Source: Octopus sinensis
Taxonomy: Eukaryota
Direction of reading: 5' to 3'
DNA: 64,000 nt
Assembly (NCBI RefSeq): GCF_006345805.1
Contig: NC_043001.1
Span: 7,750,001 to 7,814,000, forward strand
Of this stretch, positions 1-12,105 are shown piece by piece. A program made the translations under genes and the position numbers. Numbering within the stretch: the stretch's first letter is position 1; every line of letters starts with the position of its first letter. Under the pieces are notes generated by a model. That model was not told where the DNA came from and did not search any database. It worked only from the letters and a program-made list of their open reading frames with translations.

Positions 1-8
1 TATGCAGG

Positions 9-266
9 TGATTTTTTTGTAACTAAGCACTTTTAAACTTCGTATTTAACTGTGACAAACTGATATGACACCGCAAATAATTGTTGTTGGCAAACAACCG
101 CAGAAATTGTATTCACCTCAATAGATGCCATTGATTGGTTGAAATTGGAGAAATGCAAGAAATTAAACAGCAAATAGCTTACAAACTACAGAATTTTCTC
201 AAGAAAGCCAAGAGAAAAAGATGTTTTATGTAACACATTCTACCAGTGTACGAAGTTTAAAAGTGT
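9..266. mobile_element. Internal, end-truncated copy of the MITE at 2389-2732
   Basis: Nearly identical over ~255 bp to 2423-2680 (gtaactaagcacttttaaacttc...ccagtgtacgaagtttaaaagtgt). It lacks the outer TIR ends. Confidence 0.85.
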
Positions 267-502
267 ACTTCAGAACATCTTATACGAAACGAAGTGCGCA
301 CATCCACTCCCATATTCCCACCAGATATCTCTTCACTTTCTTTACATCCTAGAAATCACAACACAGTGTTATCGTTCGGTCCTTGGCTGCAAAAAATCAA
401 TATGAAATCTGAGTCGCAGTTTCAAATCCATTGTCAAGTTTTAAATCTTCATGATAGAAAAGTAAAGGTAATAGTGGTTCAAAGCATTTACCTACGAACC
501 TT

Positions 503-540
<38 letters not shown>

Positions 541-546
541 TTTTTT

Positions 547-715
547 TTACTCTTGCTCTTTCACTTGTTTCAGTCATTTGACTGTGGTCATGCTGGAGCA
601 CCGCCTTTAGTCGAGCAAATCGACAGCTGGACTTATTTTTTTGTAAGCCTAGTATTTATTCAATCGATCACTTTTTCCAAATCGCTAAGTTACGGGGACG
701 GATACACACCAGCAT
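547..715 (-). mobile_element. tRNA-derived SINE family B, 3' fragment
   Basis: Reverse complement of the family-B tail (cttgtttcagtcatttgactg.ggccatgctggagcaccgcctttagtcgagcaaatcgac) seen intact at 17009-17415. Confidence 0.85.
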
Positions 716-924
716 TTTGTCTGCAGTAAATTTCTTACTTATTTTTTTCTATCTACCAGTACGCTTGCAAACTAGCAAATTGTCCCTAGAATAAAACCCT
801 AATATCTTACAAAAACTAATTTGATTTGCAATAAGAGAACAGTTTTAGATATATATTTCTACCCCATCAAGCATCATCGACCAGTGACTTCGCCAAAAAT
901 ATTTCAAGTAGCTAAGGGACATAT

Positions 925-1172
925 GTGGAGGCGCGTGGCTTAGTGGTTAGGGTGTCGAACTCATGAGCGTAATGTTGTGGTTTCGATTCCTGGACCGGGC
1001 GATGTGTTGTGTTCTTGAGCAAAACACTTCATTTCCCGTTTCTCCAGTCCACTCAGCTGGCAAAAAGGAGTAATCCTGCGACGGATCGGCGTCACGTCCA
1101 TGTGAGGAATTTCTACGCCACTGAAACCGGGAAACCGGCCCTTATGAGCCTCGCATGGCTCAAGAAGGAACA
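925..1172 (+). mobile_element. tRNA-derived SINE family A (variant 1)
   Basis: A-box-like tggcttagtgg and B-box-like gtttcgattcc. The 3' end gaaaccgggaaaccggcccttatgagcc..gcatggct is shared with the adjacent copy. Confidence 0.85.
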
Positions 1173-1183
1173 TTTATCTTTTT

Positions 1184-1487
1184 GTGGAGGCACATGGCCT
1201 AGTGATTAGAGCAGCGGACTCACGGTCGAGGGAGCGTGGGTTCGAATCTCAGACCGGGCGATGGATGTGTTTATGAGCGAAAACACCTAAGCTCCACTCG
1301 GCTCCGGCAGAAGGTAATGGCGAACTTCTGCTGACCCTTTCGCCACAACTTTCTCTCTTTCCTCCTGCCTCATGCAGCTCACCTGCGACGGACCGGTGTC
1401 CCGTCCAGGTGGGGAACCTATACGCCAAAGAAACCGGGAACCCGGCCCTATGAGCAAGGCATGGCTCGAGAAAGAACAAACAACAAC
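1184..1487 (+). mobile_element. tRNA-derived SINE family A (variant 2)
   Basis: A box tggcctagtga, B box ggttcgaatc and an (aac)n tail. Homologous to 10458-10764. Confidence 0.88.
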
Positions 1488-1883
1488 AGTAGACAAGATA
1501 GATAGATCACACAGTCTACCGACCAGCAGCCTGGGAATTATAGTGTGATAAGCACTTTTAGTGTTAGTAAAATAGACTTCGATGTAAATGACATATTTGA
1601 AGTGTTGGATTATATCATGGTGGTGACGAACGCAAATATTGAATTTTGATGTGATAGAATAATCGGGAGTGTTTACAGATATTAGCAAAATATTCGACAT
1701 CGTCGCCAGCTGTGTAGAGCGCAGCTGGATGTTGATTTAGAGAAGTGTGCTTTGAAACCATTAAGAGCAAAATGAGAAATTGATATTCAATCACCTGGAT
1801 ATATCGCGATTTTAGTAACTGAGACATATTCAATATTTCTCCATTTGTTTTCTATTCTCGTGCTGAGTGTATAATATGTTAAT

Positions 1884-2180
1884 ATGTCATGTGAAGTCGT
1901 TGGAAAGTATTAATAATAGTAACAAGTAAGCCAGTAGAACGTGTTGCATGGAGGGTGGTCGATGACATGGAATATAGCCAGACGAAGCGAGAGAAAGAAA
2001 GAGAAAGAAAGAGAAAGTGTGCGAAGGAGGGAGGGGTTTCCGAGCATCAATTCTCACTGTCTGCAGTTGTTTTCGGAAAGATGCAGGCTAAGTTTATCAT
2101 CCACGACAGTAAATCCAGTTAAAGTAGTAGTCGGAACCAATCTAAACTAATCATTCTGAAGCGATCATGAAAACACAACA
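1884..2180. mobile_element. Possible solo LTR
   Basis: Starts near tgtcatgtg and ends aaaacacaaca, with LTR-like composition. It shares agtagtagtcgg with 51476-51657. No convincing TSD. Confidence 0.25.
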
Positions 2181-2388
2181 TATGGAATTATAGTGGTTCT
2201 GTTAAAATTATCGACGTTCTTGCCATAAATATGGCAATATTTACTCCACCACCAAATTGTTACTCCACCACCAAATTATCTTGATTATTAGTAAATAACA
2301 CATAATTATTTTTTCCACGTTGGAAAAATTCTTTTATATAGTACTATTTCACAGGAACACATATGTGAAGAATAAATTGAAAGAAAAG

Positions 2389-2732
2389 GGATCTTTTCAC
2401 TTTGACCGGTAGATTTTTTAAATGATTTCTTTGTAACTAAGCACTTTTAAACTTCATATATAACAGTGACAAACTGATATGACACCGCAAATAATTGTTG
2501 TTGACAAACAACCGCAGAAATTGTATTCACCTCAATAGACGTCATTGATTGGTTGAAAATGCCGAAATGCAAGAAATTAAACAACAAATAGCTTACAAAG
2601 TACAGAATTTTCTCAAGAAAGCCAAGAGAAAAAGATGTTTTATGTAACACATACTACCAGTGTACGAAGTTTAAAAGTGTTTAGTTACAAAGAAATTATT
2701 TTAAAAATCTGCCGGTCAAAGTGAAAAGATCC
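2389..2732. mobile_element. MITE, 344 bp, with 67-bp TIRs and 8-bp TSD AAGAAAAG (Merlin- or MULE-like ends)
   Basis: The left end GGATCTTTTCACTTTGACCGG... matches the reverse complement of the right end at 63/67 nt. AAGAAAAG lies at 2381-2388 and 2733-2740. Confidence 0.92.
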
Positions 2733-3814
2733 AAGAAAAGAACTGCTTAAGAGATTATTTAAAGGGGAAAATATATACATGTTAAGTGGGGATGCAAGCG
2801 CACAATGCTCAGAAAATAAGGCTTGGAGTAAGAAATAGCTTTCATGTAGCAAGTCTTAATCAGAATACTTCGTTACATAGGAGGTTATATTTTACATGAT
2901 GTATGGCACGTGCTGGATTACAATTTAAAAGACAATATTTTATATTTTAAATAAAGGTGATAAGCATCGATTCTTAATGTAAGGCACGCGAAATAAATTG
3001 ATGCAGTCAGATATGGATATAAAGAGATGCTAAAATATATCTGAAATATAAACAAACTGCTGAAAGATGTTCAAAAATCTTTCACTAGTGCTTCATTCAC
3101 GTGATAAACTGCCGTACAAACATAGATACATATATACATAGATGCATACATATATACATACATCCATGCATACATACAAGCATACGTACATGCACATACT
3201 TACGATTTGAAGAGTATAGTTTAAATCAATCCATGGAACTGTAAATATGCGTAGAAGTTTTAAGAAGGCCATGTAGGGGGACAGGGAGTTATGTACAGGG
3301 AGGATGGTCATACTAAAACTAAAACAGGGAACAGTACGAGACACAACAGTCTGATAACGTACATCTGGAGCACAAGTGAAAGATATTGGTTACACAACAG
3401 AAATATGACGAGAAAAGTTTTGTAAAATAGGACATCTATCGACCTTTGATCAGAAGCTTGTAAATCCAGCAACCAAAATACACTTTCAGCTTCATAGTTG
3501 TTATTATTGAAGCCAAATAATAAGTACCAATCCGTATAGATCACAATGTGACTGACCTTGGGTTCTTGATGAGAGACGGCAACCCCTTAAGACATGCACT
3601 ACAAAGGATCACGATGTATGGGACAATAAAGATCTGCAAGAAGTTCTTCAGATTGAAATGATGATGACCAACCAAGAAGTCTTCCTTCACAACTTGTTGA
3701 GAAGCAGGTGGTCATTCAAAATTAAATCTAAATTAAAAAGAAACAAAAAAGAAAAATATATCCACACAAACGAACTCATGTAGTCACATGCACCCATACA
3801 CATATACACTTTCA

Positions 3815-3960
3815 ATTATAGGCACAAACCTCAAAATTTGTGGGAAGGAGGCTAGTCGATTACATCGACCCCAGTGCTCAACTGGTAATTATTTTATCGA
3901 CCCCGTGAGGATAAAAAGGATAATCGACCTCAGCGGATTTTACGTATGTATTAGGATAAG
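3815..3960 (-). mobile_element. SINE family C fragment
   Basis: Family-C motifs tcgattacatcgaccccagtg, actggta and atcgacccc..aggataaaagg. Confidence 0.75.
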
Positions 3961-4613
3961 TATAAAGATTTTCACAAACAGAGATAAATTATGGTGGTAG
4001 AAACAGATAAAAATAAGGTCATATCTGGGAGGAGATAAATACACAAAAAAAGTACATGAAGTACAAATGAAATACATATAAACGTATAAATATTCTAGAT
4101 TTGATACATAGAAAACATCATATGAGGATGTCAAATAGATTCAAATTAAATATCTTGTTCCAGCGGTACATAGGGAAATACTGACTGTAACCTGCTGCAG
4201 GTTATTTCGTAATTATACAATATTATCAAAGATAGTGGCGATATTGGCCTTCCATACCGGGAAAAGTACAACGTTTAACATTATTGAGTATATTTTCACA
4301 GATTGCAATAATTTTGATTTCGATCTCTGCATATTTCTATTATATATGTATATATGAAGAGGAAATATATTCGATTTTGGCTTAAAATATTAAGTTCTCT
4401 GTGGCCTGTATCATCGTAATTAGCTAAATTGTCCGACTTTCCTGTGTACATAATTCAATCAATAGAGTTAAAGAAACGTAGGCATACGTGAAATTATGTA
4501 CAGCTCCATACACCAGTGTTATATTTCTGTAATCATGTTAACATGGAAATAATGTTATTTATATTCTGTTGCAATGCTATGTCGACAACCCAATATATAA
4601 TCTCGAGCACTGA

Positions 4614-4986
4614 AGGCGCAATGGTCCAATGGGTTAGGATAGCGGACTCGTGGTCATAGGAACGCGCTTTCGATTCCCTGACCTGCTGTTGTGAGTGTTT
4701 ATTGAGCGAAAACACCGAACTCTCCACGAGAATCCGGGTGAGGGTGGTGGCGAAAACCGCTATGCTCTTTCACCTCATCTCTCACTATTTCTTTCTATTT
4801 CGGTTGTACCTGTATTTCAAAGGGACAGCCTTGCCACACTCTGTGACACACTGAACCTCCCTGAGAACTACGTTAAGGCTACATCAGGCTGTGGAGTGCT
4901 CAACCGCTTGCACGTTGATTTCACCAGCAGGGTTTTCCGTTGATCGGATCATCTGGAAACCTCGTCCTCTTAACCGACGTAGTTCC
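4614..4986 (+). mobile_element. tRNA-derived SINE family D
   Basis: tRNA-like head related to family A with a different body (ttgtacctgtatttcaaaggg...ccgttgatcggatca). Homologous to 14271-14570. Confidence 0.8.
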
Positions 4987-6616
4987 GCATTAATATAGTC
5001 TCGAGTGAAGTACATAAGACATTATGTATTAATATGAACCACCTTTTAAATATTCGTACGTAAGTATTTTAAATTGCCTTACAATTTATATTAAGTAACC
5101 GCAGAATATATCATGTCATGCATTCATACTTACATTCAAGAACACCGCACATACTCCAAAAAACAATCTTGCATCGATGTATACGTGCAGATATGTATAC
5201 ACACACATGCATACACTTGTGGGAAACACAATCACATTCCCTGTAGAATGATGTATCAAGAGCTTAGAACAATCAGTCATTCAAACACCATTGTCATTAA
5301 CATGTTACGTGTCTAAAGGGTCAACCGCAGATTCAGGTTGGTAAATTCTATGTGTGACTACCATGCTGAAATGACCAACTGGTCTGTTTGTCTTCGGATG
5401 ATGTAGTGGAATTTCAGCAAATGATTCCGTTTCTCCGCTGCCTCTCTCCGGGTGCCAGAAATTCTGCTAAAACCACTGAATTACATTTTTGGCGTTGTTC
5501 CAAATCATCAGTATACAGAACACGATGTGTGCGTGCGTGTGTGTATGAGAGAGTGTGAGTGAGTGAGTGTGTGTGAGTGAGAGAGAGTGAGTGAGTGTGT
5601 GTGAGAGAGAGAGAGATCACTGAAAACATATCCATACACCCACTCACACATGTATTACGTATATAGGATAATATGCATTCAGAAATCTAATCATATATTT
5701 CAACAAAATTGTCATAAAACTACGTTTTTATTTGGCGTTAGAAATATGCATACCTCGTATGCATTGATGCATTTCTGTATGCGGAACACATATTTTATTT
5801 GCTGCCTAGATTGCATGTCCTTATTGACAATCAATGCTCTTCTTCCATTTGGATACGTTTCCTATGAAAATTTGTCATTTTCAGAATTGTGAAACATGTA
5901 TACATTTCATATCTATCCTAAAAATATATGAGGTTCTAGTTTCATAGAGAAAAGCAAAAATATAAAACGGCGAATGATTCAGCGACGATGTTGTCAGAAC
6001 ATACACATACATAAAAACAGTAAATACATAAAAACGGGTAAATACAGAAATTTCAATGCAGAAAATAGTACTGCTAGAAATAGATGACACGTCTCCCTCA
6101 AATGACACACTACTGTTTGCATTTTATAATTAAATGAGAGAACCAGGCATAATTTTTAGAGAAAGAATTTATTCGATCATAGTTAGATACCAATGATGCT
6201 GATTTACCACGGCTGACTAAACACGGTGCGTAAAATCTACAACGGAGGTAAATGAAATGTTCGCAGGATAAAAATAGGCGCTTCCATAATTTCTACAAAT
6301 ATAGTCCATTGGTCTCCATACTATTTTCGTAGAAAGTAAATTTCTTCCCTGCACATGTACTATTTTTGACAAGAGCATATAATAATGAAACAATCTGCGG
6401 GGAGAATATTCATTAAATGTCTTCGTCATTATGATCGTAATTGCCGCCTAAATGAAAGATATCTGATCCAAGCTGAAGGATTCTCCCTTTATGTGTTCAA
6501 TATTCTTCCCCTTTAATTCTTTTTTTAAAATGCTTCCACATTAGACTGCTTTTGTTTAACTTAGCATTTCATTAGCACTTCACGTGTATATGATGGGTGC
6601 ATTCATCTGCTTATAT

Positions 6617-6843
6617 GGCGGCGAGCTGGCAGAAACGTTAGTCCGCCGGGCGAAATGCGTAGCCGTATTTCGTCTGCCGTTACGTTCTGGGTTCAGATTC
6701 CGCCGAGGTCGACTTTGCCTTTCATCCTTTCGGGGTCGATAACTTAAGTACCAGTTACGCACTGCCGTCGAAACAATCGACTTGATCCGTTTGTCTGTCC
6801 TTGTTTGTCCCCTCTATGTTTAGCCCCTTGTGGGTAGTAAAGA
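6617..6843 (+). mobile_element. tRNA-derived SINE family C, full-length monomer
   Basis: Head ggcggcgagctggcagaaacgttag, B-box-like gggttcagattcc and tail tttagccccttgtgggtagtaaagaaa. About 10 homologues occur in the window. Confidence 0.9.
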
Positions 6844-7431
6844 AACATATATATATATACATAAGTGTACATACTTACATATATATGTGCCGCCGTAGTC
6901 TGCTAGGGTTACATATAAGCTGTATATATATTACAATATTCATTTTCACTGCGTTTGTAGTCGGTTTCATACGATTATCGAAGTCCATTATGACTAGACC
7001 AACTGAAACCACAGCCATAACAAGGATGTAGAACATTTCATGAATGCATCGCTAGTTTTAGCAAGAATCGCACGCAAGCGAGATGTATCGAAACTCTGGT
7101 GTTATAAATATCTAAACATACATTGAATTAGGTAAAGGAGTCCCCACACCTGACGCATAGAATCTACTTCCCTTGTAGCGTTTACATTAGATGTCTGATT
7201 ATCTCGAGATGAAATCTGTCACAGTTTGACATCCATAGTTCAAAGAATAATGAGAGCCTTGTCTTAGGACAATCCGAAGTTCAAATATGTCTACATCGAT
7301 TCATATACATGTATTATAGTCAATATTTAGAAGCTGACACTTATGACAGGAAATTAAATACAATATTTTTTAAACATTTAATTAAAACTCATCCTCATAT
7401 TGGTTTCAGATTTTTGGTGCAGAACAAGCAA

Positions 7432-7499
7432 TGCCAGGGGAGGGGCGAAATCGATTGCAACGAGCTGCCAGGGGAGGGGCGAAATCGATTGCAACGAGC
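7432..7499. repeat. Perfect tandem duplication, 2 x 34 bp
   Basis: tgccaggggaggggcgaaatcgattgcaacgagc occurs twice in succession. Confidence 0.95.
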
Positions 7500-7732
7500 A
7501 CAGGTTTCATTTCAAAGAATGAACTGCGAAAGTAATGGCAGACGAACTACAACTGAACATAATGGCCGGTGTGCAGACGATTCTGTTAGCTCGCCATCTT
7601 AAATCTCATTATCATAATAATGTATTATATTTTCTTTTGAATAAACACTTGTGGCAAACCAAATATTGTGTTTTAGATTACATATACTTTTCTATCATTT
7701 TACTGAGAACATGATAGAAGACTGCAATATAT

Positions 7733-8114
7733 ATTTCTTTACTGCCCACAAGGAGCTAAACATAGAGGGGACAAACAAGGACAGACAAAGGAATTAAGTC
7801 GATTATATCGATCTCAGTGCGAACCTGGTACTTAATTTATCGAAAGGATGAATGGCAAAGTCGACCTCGGCGTAATTTGATCTCAGAATGTAACAACAGA
7901 CGAAAAACCTATTTCTTTATTATCCACAGAGAGGACAAACAAGGACAGACAAACGTATTAAGTCGATTAATAAAGTGGTACTTATTTAATCGACCCCGAA
8001 AGGATGAAAGGCAAAGTCGACCTCGGTGGAATTTGAACTCAGAACGTAGCGGCAGACGAAATACAGTTAAGCATTTCGCCCGGCGCGCTTACGTTTCTGC
8101 CAGCTCGTCACCTT
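7733..8114 (-). mobile_element. SINE family C, tandem dimer
   Basis: Two body units joined at cagacgaaaaacctatttctttat (7897-7920), with a single head at 8075-8114. Confidence 0.85.
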
Positions 8115-9378
8115 AAATCTCATTATCATAATAATGTATAATATATTTTCTTTCGAATATACGCTCGTGGCAAAACTAATATTGTGTTTTAGATTACGTA
8201 TAATTTTCTATCATTTTACTGAGTACATGATAGAAGACTGTGAAATATTTAAACTAAATTTACTTTATCACAAGTTAATTTAAATTTAGGTTTCCCTACA
8301 CAATTATATATTTATAAACGTTAGAGCAATGCTATTATTCCCGCAATTGTGCTGCTTGTATATTAACGATGACCTTACATATAAATACATAAATGCTTGA
8401 AAATATTTATTGTTCTATAAAATTTATGGATGGAAATGGAAAACAGTAGACAATTATATTTACATCTGTAGTGTCGAAACAATAAATTTAAATATGGAAA
8501 CACACATAAAATAACAAATATATTCACTAAATTAGAAACATAAATCTTTAAAAATGAAATACAATTTTATAATCAATGAATTGATAAAGGAAAAAATATT
8601 AAAAAATGAAGTACAATTTCAGAAAACAACTAAGTTAATTTATATTACAGAAATAATTTTGCTTATTACAAATTAAATCATGACTGAAATATAATTACAT
8701 GTCTCTTACGTAAATTATCAACACACCTCTATTTATCCACACCTTCATTAGAAGTACAGAGAAGCGCGTGCGCAACAGCGCTTTTATATGTAGTCATGTA
8801 CATGTGCATACGCATATATAGAACCATATACATCTATTAGTACAAGCATATGTACATGTCTTCATGAATGCATAGATAGATTGATATACAGATATATGCG
8901 CACACACGCACACGTACACACATACACATATATGCAAACACACAAACACGCATACAAGAACACATATACAAATGCACTTATATACCTTTCTACTTTGAAT
9001 TTTTGGAATGGGTCCAGTAGATTAGCCCTTCACAACAAAGAAAGCCAGAGTAATGGCAATGAACAGAGGGTTTCCACCTAATGATAGGAATAAAACCAGG
9101 TAAGAATGGTGTTCATTGGGCTGTGATAAGCAGAGAGTAGGCGCCAGGATTTATGCGCAAATGCAGGAGCGTAACTGGTTTGGAAATATATACATTTATT
9201 ATGTACATACATACATATATATATGTTTAAGTAGTTGAATGAATTATCCTAGTATGGATGATTCGGTTAACCGATACCCGGGTAGCAAATTTACGTCAGA
9301 AAGCACGGTTGATGCTACATGCCAAATGCAGAAATTACGTGCTTTCGTGTGGAAATTTGTGTGTTTTTTTTACTATAG

Positions 9379-9446
9379 ATAAATGAAAGAAAGGAGTCGA
9401 ACGACGATTTAACAAAATCGTCGTTCGACTCCATTCTTTCATTTAT
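9379..9446. repeat. Inverted repeat: 32-bp stem with 4-nt loop
   Basis: ataaatgaaagaa-a-ggagtcgaacgacgattt / aaca / aaatcgtcgttcgactcc-a-ttctttcatttat, with one mismatch. Confidence 0.95.
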
Positions 9447-10457
9447 ATATATATATATATGCATATAAATTTACATGCACACACACATGAATATGCATAT
9501 ACACGCGCAGACGCACGGGCGCACACACACATACACTCGCACATATATGTATACAAATAGTTACGTTTGTGTGTATGTACATATATAGGATATTTTTGCC
9601 TTGTGGAAAACTTGTATCCTTTATATGTACATCTATCTACCTATCTATCTATCTATCTCTCAATATCTCTCTCTCTATCTGCCTCTCTCTTTCTATATGT
9701 ATATATATATATATTAATTTTGAGTAGTTGAATGAATTATCTTATTAAGGATAATTCGAAAGATAACCGATACCTGGGTAGCAAATTCACATCAGAAAGA
9801 ACACGGTTGAAGCAACGTCCCTCGAAACATATGTCGAGAATAAAGGATATTTGTTAACTAGTCGTTCAACTCCATTCTTTCATATACTTATATTTATATA
9901 TATATATGTGTGTGTGTGTGTATCTGTGTGTGTGCCTGTGTAACATGCAATCACTTCATAAATGTGCGAATTTCTAATATATTGTATTCTTATTATTAAC
10001 GTGTGTCCAAATAGACTTATTTGTGAAGTGTGTTAAAGTTAATCCCTCTGTCGTTAAAATCGATTACAAGCACATACTTCAATATTGCTGAAACCTACCG
10101 TGATAATTGTTGTCATGGAATGAATGTGAAGGTGGACTTTCTGCTCACTTGGCGTTTAGTACACAGAATTTTAGTCGACATCTAAAAGAGTGTCTTCAAC
10201 ATCACCCTCAATGAGAAAAATAGTTTTTGAAAAAGGGAAAAACAGCAGTGAAAAACCTATAACCATATGAAAAACAATGATATTTCTGTGCAATTATTTA
10301 TCAATAAAAGCATTACCGTAATTTACAGTTTAATTACTGTGCGTCTCAGAATGGAAGCGGTATAAATTTTCCGCTGGGAAATTAAACCTCGGAGAATACT
10401 AAAATTAACTATAAATGACACCTGATATAAATTGCTGAAAAAAGTGTAACATATGAC

Positions 10458-10764
10458 TTGTTGTTTGTTCCTTTTCGAATCACCTTTGGCTCATAAGAGC
10501 CGGTTTCCCGGTTTCCTTAGCGTATAGGTTCCCCACATAGACGAGACGCCGGTCCGTCGCAGGTGAGCTGCAAGATGCATGAGGAAAGAGTTAGATACAT
10601 TTGTGGCGAAAGAGTCAGCAGAAGTTCGCCATTACCTTCTGCCGTAGACTCGTGGAGCTTAGATGTTTTACTCATAACCATACACATCACCCGGTCTGAG
10701 ATTTGAAACCGCGAGACAACGACCGCAATTCCACTGCTCTAACCACCAGGCCATGTTCCTCCAC
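10458..10764 (-). mobile_element. SINE family A (variant 2)
   Basis: Reverse complement homologue of 1184-1487. Confidence 0.88.
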
Positions 10765-10852
10765 CACAAGCCCATCTGCCTCCACAACATATGACATATG
10801 TTATTAACAACGTTGTGTCCGGTACCAGCACAGGCTTTGTAAATACTAATTG

Positions 10853-11236
10853 TATTAGGTTGACAAATTTTAAATGGGTTTCTTATGAGTCATCCATAAA
10901 TAAATTTTCAATGTGTCTCTATGTACAGGCTTGTGTTTACTCTTAACTCTTATTTTCTTTCTAGACAATACTGTTATTGAAAATTTCTACTTGCAATATT
11001 GACAACTGAAGAATACCAAGTGATTTCCGTGTACGTATACAAGTTGGGTGACTCTGCCAGCGACTCTCTGAGAAACATAAAGCGAGCTTTAGGTAACGAT
11101 TCTTTTGATATTAGAACTGCTTAGAGATGGTTCCAAAGATTTCGTTCGAGAAATGAAAGCCTTACAAATGAACCAAGAGGGAGACTAAAATCAGTTATTC
11201 GACATCATGAATTGAATGCTTTGGTAAAACAAAATA
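10853..11236 (+). pseudogene. mariner fossil: 5' TIR plus N-terminal HTH fragment
   Basis: TA followed by ttaggttg, a mariner-type TIR start. My translation of ~11030-11236 gives YKLGDSASDSLRNIKRALGNDSFDIRTA*RWFQRFRSRNESLTNEPRGR, matching the mariner WFxRFRSG...GRP region. Truncated at a (TA)n tract. Confidence 0.75.
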
Positions 11237-11274
11237 TATATATGCATGCATGTATATATATGCATGTATATATA

Positions 11275-11344
<70 letters not shown>

Positions 11345-11515
11345 TATATACATATATGCATGTAACTATATATATGTATGTATATATATGTGTGTGTGTA
11401 TTGATTGATTGATTGATTCTAGTTTCAGCTCATGAGCTGTGGCCATTCATATTAGAGTAAAGAAAGTGCTACACAAATACAGGTGGTATCAAATAAGTAT
11501 ATATATATATATACT

Positions 11516-11818
11516 TTGCCTTTTATCCTTTCGGGGTCGATAAATTAAGTTACGCACTGGGTTGATGTAATCGACTTAATCCATTTGTCTGTCTTTGTTT
11601 GTTTTCTCTGTGTTTAGCCCCTTGTGGGTAGTAAAGAAATAGGTATTTCGTCTGCCGTTGCGTTCTGAGTTCAAATTCCACCGAGGTCGAATTTGCCTTT
11701 CATCCGTTCAAGGTCGATTAAATAAGTACCAGTTACGCACTGGGGTCGATATAATGGACTTAATCCCTTTACCTGTCCTTTTTAGTCCCCTCTATGTTTA
11801 GTTCCCTGTGGGCATTAA
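11516..11818 (+). mobile_element. SINE family C, headless tandem units
   Basis: Two partial bodies joined by gtaaagaaataggtatttcgtctgccg at 11631-11657. Confidence 0.85.
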
Positions 11819-11831
11819 ACATATATGTATG

Positions 11832-11892
<61 letters not shown>

Positions 11893-11893
<1 letters not shown>

Positions 11894-12105
11894 AAGTTAA
11901 TCCAAACAAGAAAGCACAAAAAAACACAACAAACGCGAGGACGTGGAACAAGTATAGTATTATTGGACGCTCAGGAAAGAAGGAAAGAAGGAGGGTTTAA
12001 CGTTTCGAGCGGAGCTCTTCGTCGGAAACATAGAAGGAAAGATCCAGAGAATGTAAGACAGAGGAAAAAATCGCCAACGGTACACACGCGGTCACAACGT
12101 ATTTG
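11893..12105 (-). mobile_element. Short non-coding PLE-type 3' fragment carrying a hammerhead, between (TA)n tracts
   Basis: A ~210-bp non-repetitive island flanked on both sides by (TA)n. It contains a minimal hammerhead on the minus strand. Confidence 0.65.
11995..12029 (-). ncRNA. Minimal type I hammerhead ribozyme (35 nt, variant core)
   Basis: The minus strand reads GTTT-CCGACGA-A-GAGC(TCC)GCTC-GAA-ACGT-T-AAAC. Stem I is GTTT/AAAC, stem II is GAGC/GCTC, stem III is palindromic ACGT and the triad is GUU. It carries U4C and an extra A after A9. Confidence 0.7.

Noticed and set aside
925-1260. tRNA-like sequences with A and B boxes
   Set aside because: They have no complete acceptor stem and run directly into SINE bodies, so they are SINE heads and not tRNA genes
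3440-3680. Possible CR1/L2 LINE RT relic (VTDLGFLMRDG)
   Set aside because: Only one short motif-like match; too decayed to support without a profile search
5320-5650. GC-richer minus-strand stretch behind a (CA/TC) repeat, possibly a promoter or first exon
   Set aside because: No ORF homology or clear splice donor; cannot be supported without transcript data
9805-9845. GAAACATATGTC (same palindrome as the 40456 hammerhead)
   Set aside because: No YYGANRA core, stem II or stem I pairing could be built around it
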